A DNA stretch of 40,831 nt from Trypethelium eluteriae (taxonomy: Eukaryota), in the NCBI GenBank assembly GCA_051942245.1, contig JAVECL010000167.1, positions 1-40,831 of the forward strand. The letters run 5' to 3'. Every line of letters starts with the position of its first letter. Position 1 is the first letter of the stretch. A program made the position numbers and the translations under genes. Under the pieces are notes generated by a model. It saw nothing but the letters and a program-made list of their open reading frames with translations, had not been told where the DNA came from and searched no databases. Positions 11,701 to 22,419 of this stretch are shown one piece after another.

Positions 11701-13746
11701 CTAGCGCAACTTGAACAGCCGTACAACATGGTTGTGAGAATTCCGCGATTGATAGCCTGGTAGTCTTCTCTGGCTTCAAGAGTTCAGCCGCCAATGACCA
11801 GTCCGGGGGATCTTCACACTCGTCAAGAGCCAACTCCATTTCGTCAATACTTTTTCGGAACGTCTCATTGGACTCAAGCAAACTGGCTCCCATGCGTGCC
11901 CATTGCGCTCCTTGACCAGTAAATACATAAGTCAATTCATAGGCTACTCCAGCCTTTGAGACTGGAGAGATCTGTAATAGCTCGGTGACTGAACCCGCTT
12001 TTACTATACTGAATGCACGATGCTGCAGAGGCTGTCTTCGGACATTCAGTGTGTAGCTTAGATCGGAAATTCGTTCCGGATGCGCGCGGAGGTAAGTCTC
12101 GTGCTCCTGTATCAACTTTGTCAAAGCAGTCGGATGGCTGGCGGAGAAGGTGAGAAGATAATGATCTTGCGTGGCTCTCGGAGTATATGGAGGACGGCCG
12201 GCGCCCATGGAGGCCGCGGATTCAAGGAGAATATGGGCATTGGATCCGCCGATTCCATAGCTATTTACACCTACCCTTTCTGCGCGGTCCGCTGGCCAAG
12301 GCAATGTTTCTGTAGGCACTTTCAGCTTATATTTTTCGAACGGAATTTTGGTGTTTGGTGTTTTGAAGTTAATGTTGGGCGGAATGAGCCTCCTCTCCAA
12401 CGCTAACATCATCTTGATGATGGCCGTGACACCCGAGGCTCCCTCGGAGTGGCCGACATTTGGTTTTATGGAGCCAATGAAAACGCCAGCATCTCCAAAG
12501 ACTCTTGCCACAGCCATTGACTCTAAAGGATCCCCAATGTAGGTACCCGTTCCATGACACTCGATCATTGCTGTATTTGAAACATCGCGGATCCCTGCAA
12601 GCTTGTGGCTCCGCCTCATGAGGGCTTCGTGGCTTGCTGAAGAGGGCTGTGATAGGCCTGATGTTCTCCCATCAGCGTTCGCACAGGACGATCGAATGAC
12701 TGCTCGGATTGGATCATTATCGCGAACCGCATCAGAAAGTTTCTTGATATGGACCGCCACAACGGCCTCCCCGCGCGCGTACCCGTCAGCAGACTCATCA
12801 AAAGTCTTACAGCGACCATCCGGAGCAAGAAGGCCCTGTTCAGATGCGGCGATGGTCATGTCTGGTTGCATGATCAGATTCGTCCCAACGACCATTGCGG
12901 AATCGCATTCGCCCTTGTGTATTCCGAGACATGCTTCATGGAGGCCTGTTAGCGAAGATGAACATGCCGTCCTGATCACCATTGATGGTCCCTCAAACCC
13001 AAATTCGTAGGATATCCGATTAGCCACGAAGAAGTCGCCGTAGCCCGTAAGGCGATAGATCCCGGTGTTGTGCGTGTCCCTTGCCATCATATCTGCCCAG
13101 TCTTGTCCGAAGATTCCCACATATGCACCAATCTTTCTTCCCTTCCATGCAGTAGTCCCAGAGTTCTGCAGGCACTCGTAGACGACCTCCAAAGCAAGGC
13201 GTTGTTGCGGGTCCATTTCTCCAACTTCTCTACCATTCGTGCTCCAGAAAGAGGTGTCAATCTCCGCTAAGTTAACATAATCCAGGAAATACCTATCTCT
13301 GTGTCAACAATAGGCAACTTCGGTGACCATGGTGTGATGTGTAGCTACCCATGTTCTGTAGAAACGTGACCCAACTTTCCAGGGCCGTGGAAAGCATCGA
13401 TGTTGTATCTATCCGGAGGGACTCGACATCTTCCGTCACGTTTGCTATCCAGGAGATTCCACAAGGCTTCACCGCTCCTCACGTCACCAGGTAGCCGCAT
13501 ACCGCAGCCGATAATTGCTATTGGTTCGTAGTTTGACATGTCGGCATCTTGTAGGTCAATCTCTGCCAAATCTTTCGTTACACCATCTGCAACACCATTC
13601 GCGATTCCATCGCCCTCCTTACCAGCTTTATTCGTGACATCGTTGGCCAAATTTTGGTAATGATCAACAGCATTGATCTTAGATTTGCTGTGCTCTTTGG
13701 TTCCGCCGTTCACATGTGGCATTTGTCGAAGAACCTCAGCAGCCAT
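5722..13746 (-). CDS. Highly reducing iterative type I polyketide synthase, KS-AT-DH-cMT-ER-KR-ACP; about 8 exons
   Basis: First ATG 13746, stop 5722. KS: EPIAIIGCGMRLPG, DPQQRL, TACSSS, HGTGT, GHSEGASG. AT: VFTGQGAQW, GHSSG, AYHS. DH: HDLLG, HDIAQDIVFPGAGY. cMT: ILEVGAGTGG, VLHAT. ER: LIHGACGSIG. KR: LVGGLGGLG, VLRD, YASGN. ACP: LGVDSL. Introns at about 13348-13293, 7927-7870, 7813-7762, 7742-7684, 7342-7289, 7000-6944 and 6754-6703 keep the frame open. Confidence 0.97.
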
Positions 13747-15270
13747 AGGGTCAAGGCTCACAGTAAATTGCGTACATTACGAGTCCGTATGCGCAAAGAA
13801 AAAGCAGGGAGAGAGAGTTTCGTTCCTCACCACGGGAAAAAAAAGATCTTTCAGATAGAGGAAAATTAGAGGGGTTTGCAATTGGGTTTTGTACTACACC
13901 TCAGATTTAGCCTGTGTCTCTACAATGGTCGGAGGAGATCCAGTTCGCGTTCCTTCGTTCAGTTGAGTTGGACTAGTCTACGCCTCTTTGATAGATAAGC
14001 ATACTCGACGTTTATGTGACGGAAACGCCGTGAATCAATCCGTGCAATCGAGTCTCCGCTCGCATAACTGACTTACCTTGCCGGTAGCCTCTATCGCTTG
14101 ACTGCAGCCTGCTCGGATTTGCCGCCATTGTCGATGCGTAGGTAATTGCCATGAAGATGCGGTTGACTTCTGACCAATGAGACAGTACCTCGAACTCCGG
14201 CTATCCAACCGAGACAATAGACCTTCCAATCCCGTTTTGAAGGGCTACGTCCATAGTTCCAGGGCTGGAACGCCTTATGCTCAGCTGCCTGGCGTACCAT
14301 CAGATGTACTGCCTGTCTAAGTAAGTTCTTACGGGCCTTGGTGGCATGTCATCCTTCGAGTCGCGCCGCTTTTGTTTAGCGCGATAATTTCGTTGATCCT
14401 CCTGTAGCTCTGAAGGCCCGTTTCGAGATAGCTTATAAACCGGGCGGCTGAGGCACAGCGATCTATGTGATAAGCCATGACCTAAGGCTGAAGAGATCTC
14501 GTGAGTGGAGAGAAGCAGCGTATGCGATGTCGAGAACAGCTTTAGAAAAGCGTTATGAGCACCCGAAGATGGGGTCTGCCTTTGGGCAGAGGTTGGCGAG
14601 ATCAGTGGAGGGCACAGTAGAGATAACAAAACCTAAAGAGGAAGCATTTCCAAAATATGGGGTGCGACGTCGACGTCGACGTCTGCATTTGCAGGGGTGA
14701 GGCAAGGTAGCCAATTATCGTACGGTAGCTTCCGGGCGAGCAAAAATATTAGGAACAGATTCTAGCATCACGTAATAAAGATTACACCCAACAGTCCTGC
14801 ATACGACCGAGCATTGCGGATCGCGATCTTGAAAGATCCATTTGTGCGTCGTTCCTGCGTTTAGATCTGGTATTACTTCGCGAAGAGTCGAGTAAAGAGA
14901 GTCGAGCTAAGATTTGCACTCCAAGGCAGCACGGCTTAGATTCCGGGTGCATAGTGTCGTGATGCACATTGTTTTGGCATATTCCTCGTAGCACGATATT
15001 AGGTCATTTCGGATCGACGCCATTAGTCCTGAAAAAGGTTCTATTGCGACTTCACGTGCTTAGAGCATAATCTAACTGTAGATAGCGCTTATGTACGACT
15101 AAAAGCAGCAAGCATCTCGTCAATTACGGATAAAGTGCATTGAAAACTAGGCCTGTTAAGAGGTAGTTCATGCTTTCGGTCTCAGCTCTCGCAATCATCT
15201 CAAATTAGGCGCTCAACTTGCGAGGCATTTCGAAAAAGCCCTTGGCAGTCATTTTATTACGTTGATCGCT

Positions 15271-17198
15271 TTAACGACGCATCAGGCGGTCTTCGGGACA
15301 AGCCGACAAAAAGTCTACATTCTCTTGAACGATGTTCCACGATCGCGCTTCGTCTCTAGTCACTTCTCGAAACGGCGAGGGTAATTTGGAGCCAGTCTGT
15401 GGGACTTGCGAGCCACGCTTTTCTCTGCATAAAAGGATATTGGGCCGGCGACCTTGAAGAGCAAAATCGCCGAAGGCTAAAATCTGCAGATCCGGAAGGC
15501 CGTTGGGTCCGAATGCCCAGCGAGCAAAGGCCAGAGCCTCGGGCAGCGCTGAAGCAAACTTTTCATCGGACGTTCTATCTGCATCGTGTCGCATCCACGC
15601 AGATTGAACCCAGCCTGTGACCCTGATATGGATGAGCTTGCAGCTGGGTCGGGGGTTGATCTGCGCCAGCGCAGAAGACTTGGAAACCAGGCGGTTAGCG
15701 CACGCAGTTTTGTCATGTCAACCATCAGGGTTGTTGCCTTGACTTACCAAATCAATTGGCCGACAACAGATACCGAGGCACCGAAGATTATCCTGCCCCG
15801 ATAAAGCCTTAATGAGTCTGTCCTCTTTCGAAGCAAACTGTGGATTGAGCTGGACCACGGTCTCATGGACCAGCAGTCTTTCCAGTGTGGATTTATGGTG
15901 GAGTACCGACGGCCAGAATTCATTCGTGGCTTTTCCAAGATCAGGATAAAGCACATGAAACTCTTCCAGACCCCGAAAGGAGTGCAGAAATCGCGCAAGG
16001 TATGATAAATCATCCTGTCCTTTATAATATTCGAGATAGATGAACTCGAAACAAGTGAGACGGAGGGGCAGTGAAGAGCTTGCAAGCATACTGAGCAGTT
16101 CATCCGCGTTTGGACAGTCTCGAAGCTTCAAGGAATGCAGCTGCGAGAAGTTGAACGCCGAAATGATATCAGCTGATGCGGATATCAAGTCAAACCCGGA
16201 TAGAGAAAGCTTCTGGAGACAAGGAAACAGGAAGGACTGTTCGCCCGGCATCAACTTCAGGAACTCATAGGCAAGTTGACTTCGAGGTGGAGAATTGCAA
16301 TTTTTGTCAACACTAGGGTCGACTCGATCGATTTCGATTTCTTTTAGGACCCAGGCACTGCTCCTTAGCAAGGCCCCGACAGCGGTGAGTTCTGGTACAC
16401 CAAAACCTCTCCAGCTTAATTTTCGCAATTGGGTCAGGCGAAGGTGGTGGTAATGGGTGTCCCATTTCGCCCCACAATTAGCATCAGTGATTGCTGACAA
16501 AGACCGAATGTTGGGCTGGCGAGTAGCTAAGCTAAGGAGAACCAATTTGGGAATACAAGTATTCAAACTCCAGCTAACGCTGATTTAACAAAGCAGCCAA
16601 CTTGATTCGGGGCTTGAGATATGACTGACCTGAAAGTGCGCAGGTTATCGAAAGGAAGCAGGGCAAGCAACGGAACAATTTGTGCTTCCAACTCGTTCAT
16701 GAACGCTCTGTGAGCTGAAAAATGCGATCCCCTCCGATAGACCATTCGATACCGTCGATACCTTCCAGTGTGCGGCTCTTGATGTACTATGTCATCTTGG
16801 TTTTCGTGTTCATCAATTGAAGGCTCGGCCCGATCATCAAGTATCTCCAGTTGACCGTGGAAGGGCACATCGGGACAACGTCTGCGACTGTGACGGAAAA
16901 AAGCTCCGAAGTGGAGGCCTTGAATATATTTGAGGTTCCCGCAACTTGAAGCCAAGAATGACTCTACGCCAAAATCAACCAAATCAGAGTCTTCTGATGC
17001 CAAGAAATCAATAGATCTGTACAGCTCGGGCACTGTACGGCTGTGAAGTTTTCTAGAGACTTGTGAAAGCCTATTGATGTCTTTCTTGTCTAGAACCTTC
17101 AAGATATTAGCGATTACGCGAGTTGGTCAGCTTGTTTCCCGCGGACTCACCTTTGGCAGAATTAACAAAAATATCTCCGGCGGCAGCCTGTCGAGCAT
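15271..17198 (-). CDS. F-box protein with an LRR/RNI-like C-terminal region; 4 exons
   Basis: ATG 17198 MLDRLPPEIFLLILPK / intron 17150-17097 / VLDKKDINRLSQVSRKLHSRTVPELYRSI forms an F-box. It is followed by LRTFSWSLNTCIP, LxxLxL repeats (LRKLSW, LQKLSL, LHSLKLRDC, LEEFHV, LRCLGI) and FARWAFGPNGLPDLQILAFGDF. The ORF-track pieces join through GT-AG introns. Confidence 0.82.
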
Positions 17199-17803
17199 AC
17201 TTGTCTGACACCGTGCCAAGATTAACGACAACGAAGCGATGGAAATTCGAGAGAGGCGAGCCACATAAATCAGAGTCGCAGACAGCCGGCATCCCGGAGG
17301 CAGACGTTTGACGCAGCATGACTAACCTGCAGGCCGAATTACCCAGTCTTTCTCAGCCCGGAACGTTACAAAAAGGGAACGCGTGTTCTGCTCTGTGATT
17401 CTGAGAAGATGCTGTCTGTAACCGAAAAAAAAAGGAAATTTCTAAGGCGGAAGTATTCGGATTTAGGCCCTACCAGGCCAACTTACATGTACAGCTCACG
17501 AGTCATCCCCGATGATAGCATAATAGCGAATAGCTTCATGAGTTGTGGCAGTCCTGCATACTAGGTAGAGCCGAGCTGAAGTTTCACGCTTACGACTCAG
17601 GCCGTCTCACCTCTCAGGGTCGCCCAAGCTACCTCAAAAGAAGCTGCCCGAATTCCGATGCTTACTTCACTAACCAAAAAATCACTTTATAAAATACTCG
17701 GAGTCGGAGGATGAATTTTCAAATCGCGATTGAGTTGTGATGAGGGCGCAATTGTGTCGCCCTACTGTCTGCAGCGGATTTCGTTGGGAATTGATACTTA
17801 CAC

Positions 17804-19722
17804 TTAGTCGTCAGGATATTCGTCTCTGATGTTGCTGATAAAGGCACCTGTCTGCTGGTCCCATCGCTTAAAATATTTTCCTGCTAGCCTCATCATTGCT
17901 TCTGATGGTTCATGCGTAGAGATATTGATGTTCTCTTCGGCCACATACCGATTGCTCTTATCTGCCACTCTGTCGAATGTTAACAACGGATTGAACATAT
18001 CTTAGTGACAGGGAGCAAAGGGAGACTGCCGAGGCGATTCAGAAAATAAACACTTACAAAACGTTGTAAAAGCTTTGATGCCTTCCTTGGTTCAATCCAT
18101 CGATATTCATCTGTCGCATCCAGGCCTCGGAAGCCCTGCAACGGTCATCCCAACCAATAATGACGCCTTCATAATGATAACGTCTATGCTCAAACTTTTG
18201 CCCGACTCGATACTTGACGTTGATCGTATCTGGCGTTCGCCTTGTGATTGGTCTCGCTGCCCTGTCCCTGCCCCGAACTTCTTCGATTAGGCTCAGTATG
18301 GCGTCTCTTTCTGGCGAGGCGTTGAACATTGGAAAGATTGTGTTCTCTATCAGGTCAACGTCTACAGTGAAACCCTCCTGAAAGAATTGGACGATGTGGT
18401 GTAGGTAATTGCGTCGATTATCGGGGTCAAAGATAATCATGCTCCAGAGCGCACCATAGAAAGATCCATCCATGTCAGGCAGACCTGTGTTCCAACTGGA
18501 CAGTGCCGATCGTCTCGGAGGATCGTTGGTTTCTCCGCTCTGAACTGCATTGGCGATATTCCGTGCGTTACGGAAAATCACTTTCACCACAGAAGATGCT
18601 CCGAGAAAATCTTCGTGGGTCGAAGTGGGAGCGCAAATCGAGTTTAGTAATCTTTTAAGAGCATCTTCTGCGACTTCCTCGTCCTGCCGGAAAGGGTCCA
18701 TGAACATTCGATCTTCTTGACTTTCGGAATCCATCTCCTTGCCATCAAGATTATAGCCTTTTCCTGGTGTGACGATGGCGTAAACGTGGAAGGGGATGCT
18801 GCAGGGCTGGGCGTTCACGCCCAGTCGCTGAGCAACACAGCAGTAGATGGCGACTGATATTAGAGGTAGAGCCTGATGCTCGTCATCGAAGAGCGCGATG
18901 CCTATGAATCTGTTTCGCAGGACATGGTAGTCCTCTTCACTACGAACGCCTACGAGACCCTGACGCCTGACAAAGCGGGCAATTTCCAGGGCTCTCTGTC
19001 TTATCGACATTTCTTCGATGTTGGGTGATTCGACACGTAATTGAGCAGCGAGCTGATCCAAGCGTGCGGAGATGTCGCTGATATCTCCTTCCCTCGTCTC
19101 GAGAACAAACATATCAAATGCCCCCAATGCCTCTTCCAGCGAGATTGATATTTCTGGTGTTGTAGCTTGCGACCAGACTTGGATCCCCTTTCGTCGTTGC
19201 ATGGCGTTGAGAATTTCTAAGCTCCAATACCGCCGGGCTAACACATCCTCTGCAGTATCCGGTGCCTGGCAATTCCTTACAAGTATTTCTTTCACATTGT
19301 AGCCACAGTGCGCGATCTTTTGCATCTTGTCAATCCGGCCTTGTTGTTTGGATATGACGCGCTCCAGGCATTCTTCCGCGAATCGATCCTGCTGGAGACG
19401 GTGAATGCATTCCGTCTTCCATTGCTCATCATGAATGGTCGAGAGTTCGTGCTGCCCTCGAAGTCTCTGTTTATGATGTTAGCGGACGTGAGACCGGTCA
19501 GAGTCCAATTCTCCTGACCTTGTGGAAGGGACTTGTGTCCTGCTCCCAGTAGGCAAAGCTCGTTATGCAACGTTGGCGCCACAGCAGGGGATCATTGGCT
19601 AAGATTCGGAAATGCCTGGATGTCGATTCAATGCGTGCAAGCGTTTCTGGCGGAAGGAAGCATAGAATGCAGCGTAGAAGCTCTTCCGGAAGCTCGGAGA
19701 GCGAGACCGATGCCATATCCAC
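17804..19722 (-). CDS. F-box + transglutaminase-like + YccV/HspQ-like domain protein (FBXO21-like); 3 exons
   Basis: F-box SLSELPEELLRCILCFL...DPLLWRQRC; core LPLISVAIYCCVAQRLG...PFHVYAIV...MFMDPF; YccV-like VKYRVGQKFEHRRYHYEGVIIGWD...FYNVL/VADKSNRYVAEENI. Introns at about 19518-19467 and 18057-17969 restore the frame. Confidence 0.92.
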
Positions 19723-20037
19723 AAAGGATCGTTGTAGGAAGGGGTTCGATGGAAAATGGCATTAGGAAAGCTCTTAGAGATATGACCAAGCATCTTGAAA
19801 ATATCGACGTCAGAGCAGGACCGAGGGGTGAGAGATCTGTAGGGCTGGAGCTAGCACGAATCGGAGCTTGGACCGTCTTCGGCTGAACATCATTAGAGTA
19901 TGTTGGAGGCGCGCGGTAACACAGCGGCCAAGTGTCGGTCAAGTGTCTGAAGGGTAGACATGTTTAAAGACTGACGGGCTCTGGGCCAGCCTGATCACCA
20001 TTGCTCCTTTAGCACTATCCTTGCATTTGCCCACGAG

Positions 20038-22054
20038 ATGGCGGAAAATAAGCTCAAGCGCACGGATTCCTATCAATACCCCTCCGGCCATCTCGGCCAT
20101 CTTTCCGACAATCAACAAGCTGCCCTTGGCAAGTTCAAGGTGCTGTGTCAGGAAAAGGGATATTACAAGCCTGCAGAAGCAAGCGCGAAAGCGCTGCCAA
20201 GCCACGATGATGAGACTTTGCTGTAAGCTTCAGTCTTGTAAACCTTCAAAACATTTTGGCTGACCTCCCCAGTCGATACCTTCGAGCACGGAAGTTCGTC
20301 CCCCACGAAGCCTTCACGCAATTTAAAGACACGGAGGACTGGAGAAAGAATAATCAGCTAGAAGAGCTTTACGAGAGTATAGATGTCAATGAGTATGACC
20401 AAACTAGACGATTGGTTCGTTCGAACCTCGACCTTAATCTATGACTACTCCTAAAAGCCACATTCAGTACCCGCAATGGACCGGAAGAAGAGATAAACGA
20501 GGCATGCCTCTATATGTCTTTGAGGTTGCGCATCTAGATAGCAAGAATATTGCTGCTTATGAAGCATCAACATCGAAAGCTCCCCAAATTACATCCAAAG
20601 TGCCCGCCAAGATGTTGCGTCTCTTTGCACTATACGAAGCCATGTGTCGTTTCGTCCTCCCTCTGTGCTCTGCGGTTCCGGATCGACCTCATCAAGAAAC
20701 GCCCATATCACAATCCAACAACATCGTCGACATTTCAAGGGTTGGTTTGAAGCAATTCTGGAATTTGAAGAACCACATGCAAGATGCGAGCACTTTAGCT
20801 ACAGCTCATTATCCAGAAACCCTTGATAGGATATTTGTAAGACCCTTCAAGCCTGCAGACTGTACTTTCATGTTGCCTGAGATAACTGACTTTCCTCAGA
20901 TCATTGGCGCACCTTCTTTCTTCCCGACTGTGTGGGGTTGGATCAAACGATGGTTTGACCCGATCACCGTGTCCAAGATCTTCATTCTCTCCAATACAAA
21001 CATGAAATCCACACTTGAGCAGTATATCGACTCCGAAAATATCCCCAAGAAGTACGGAGGCAAGCTTGACTACGAATTCGGCATGATGCCCGTTCTGGAG
21101 CCCGCTATACAGAATAGCTTAAAATGGTCGTCCGAGTCGGCCCCTTCATCTCAAAAGACCCTTCCCATAGGCCCAATTCGTTGGCAAGAGGGAGCCAACG
21201 GCGAAATGGAAGCGATGGCCGTTGGAAGTGTTGACGGCAAGCCCCGTAACGAGCGCATTGCCGTCATGAACCCTGGACAACGCTGGAACGCTCGATCCAC
21301 GCTCCTCACAGTCCCAGCAAGGACCATGAGTAATGGCCCCGCAGCAAACGACTCCACTCCCTCGGAGATCTACAGAACAACCACAGGCGACCACACCCAC
21401 CCAGCAAATGGCAACGAGGCGGAGACTAACCTTGAAAAAGACGAGCCGCCCCCTTCGTACACCGACGAAGCAGGAACCGTCATCCCTCCGGAAAAACAGA
21501 TCCCCGACACATCTCGACGCGGCACCTACACCGTGCCCGTGCAAGCTCAAGAAGGCGTAACGAGCCCGCTGTCACCGTCCGGCGCGGACACGACGTCGAT
21601 CAACCAACGACAAGGCACCTCGGAGACGCGGTTCGAGCAGCAGGATGCGACGCACGCGACTGGCATTCTTGCCGAAGGCACGCCCGAAGTGCGACACCAT
21701 GGCCACGGCGACAAGACGAACACGATGGAGCCGAAGACGGTGGGGCAGGCGCCGAAGGAAGTGCCGAGGCCGGAGGTGCGGGAGGGTGAGGGCGAGGGAG
21801 AGGGATACGTCGTGAAGGCGCAGGCGGTGGCTTCGAATGCGTACCAGGAGGCGGGGAAGTTGGTTGGAGAGGCGCAGAAGAGTGTGATGGGCACTGTTGG
21901 GTTGGGCAACAAGGAGGAGGAGGGGGAGAAGGAAGTTGAGGAGACGCAGGCGTCGAAGAATGATCCGGTGGTGGATAATATGAAGGAGACGAATGTGGAG
22001 GAGTACTTGAGGAGTACGGTTGGGAGCGAGGCTCAGCCGCTGCCGAACGCTTGA
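20038..22054 (+). CDS. CRAL-TRIO/Sec14-family lipid transfer protein with a long disordered C-terminus; 4 exons
   Basis: GHLGHL...HDDETLL/RYLRARKF (CRAL_TRIO_N), YPQWTGRRDKRGMPLYVF, NIVDISRVGL, HYPETLDRIF/IIGAPSFFPTVWGWIKRWFDPITVSKIFIL and IPKKYGG. Introns at about 20223-20272, 20415-20467 and 20837-20898. Confidence 0.95.
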
Positions 22055-22419
22055 TAGAAGGGCTAAAGGGCTGTGCAATAGGGATATAGAATGCTTTAGG
22101 ATAGAGAGATGTCGCGAATAATGTCTTGCTCCTAATGCCAGTCTTATCGTCAGAACTGCTAGATGCGATGCATTGTATCATAGTCTGGCGTAGAAGACGC
22201 TTTCCATCTTTAGGATCAAAAATGCTCGAGACAAAACCGTTTTATTGGTCAGAGAGCACGAAAAGCTTACCACATCCAGTATGTCGTCATTTCTGCCCAT
22301 GCTCATCTAGCTCCCGCTTATCAAAAACTCTTCATCCTTGCTGCTGATCTTCTTTGTCCTATCTTGATCCTACTCGAAAAAGATTCTGATTTTTCATTCC
22401 ATCTAGTTCATTTTTCAAA

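Noticed and set aside
5549..13270. Many plus-strand ORFs, including a 238-aa one at 5549-6265
   Set aside because: Antisense to the PKS and without motifs.
14035..14994. Short ORFs upstream of the PKS and a GACGTC tandem palindrome near 14666-14685
   Set aside because: No recognisable domains or consistent splice structure. The repeat is only three units long.
21146..22181. Pro/Ser-rich minus-strand ORFs of 121-193 aa
   Set aside because: By-products of the G-rich 3' end of the Sec14 gene.
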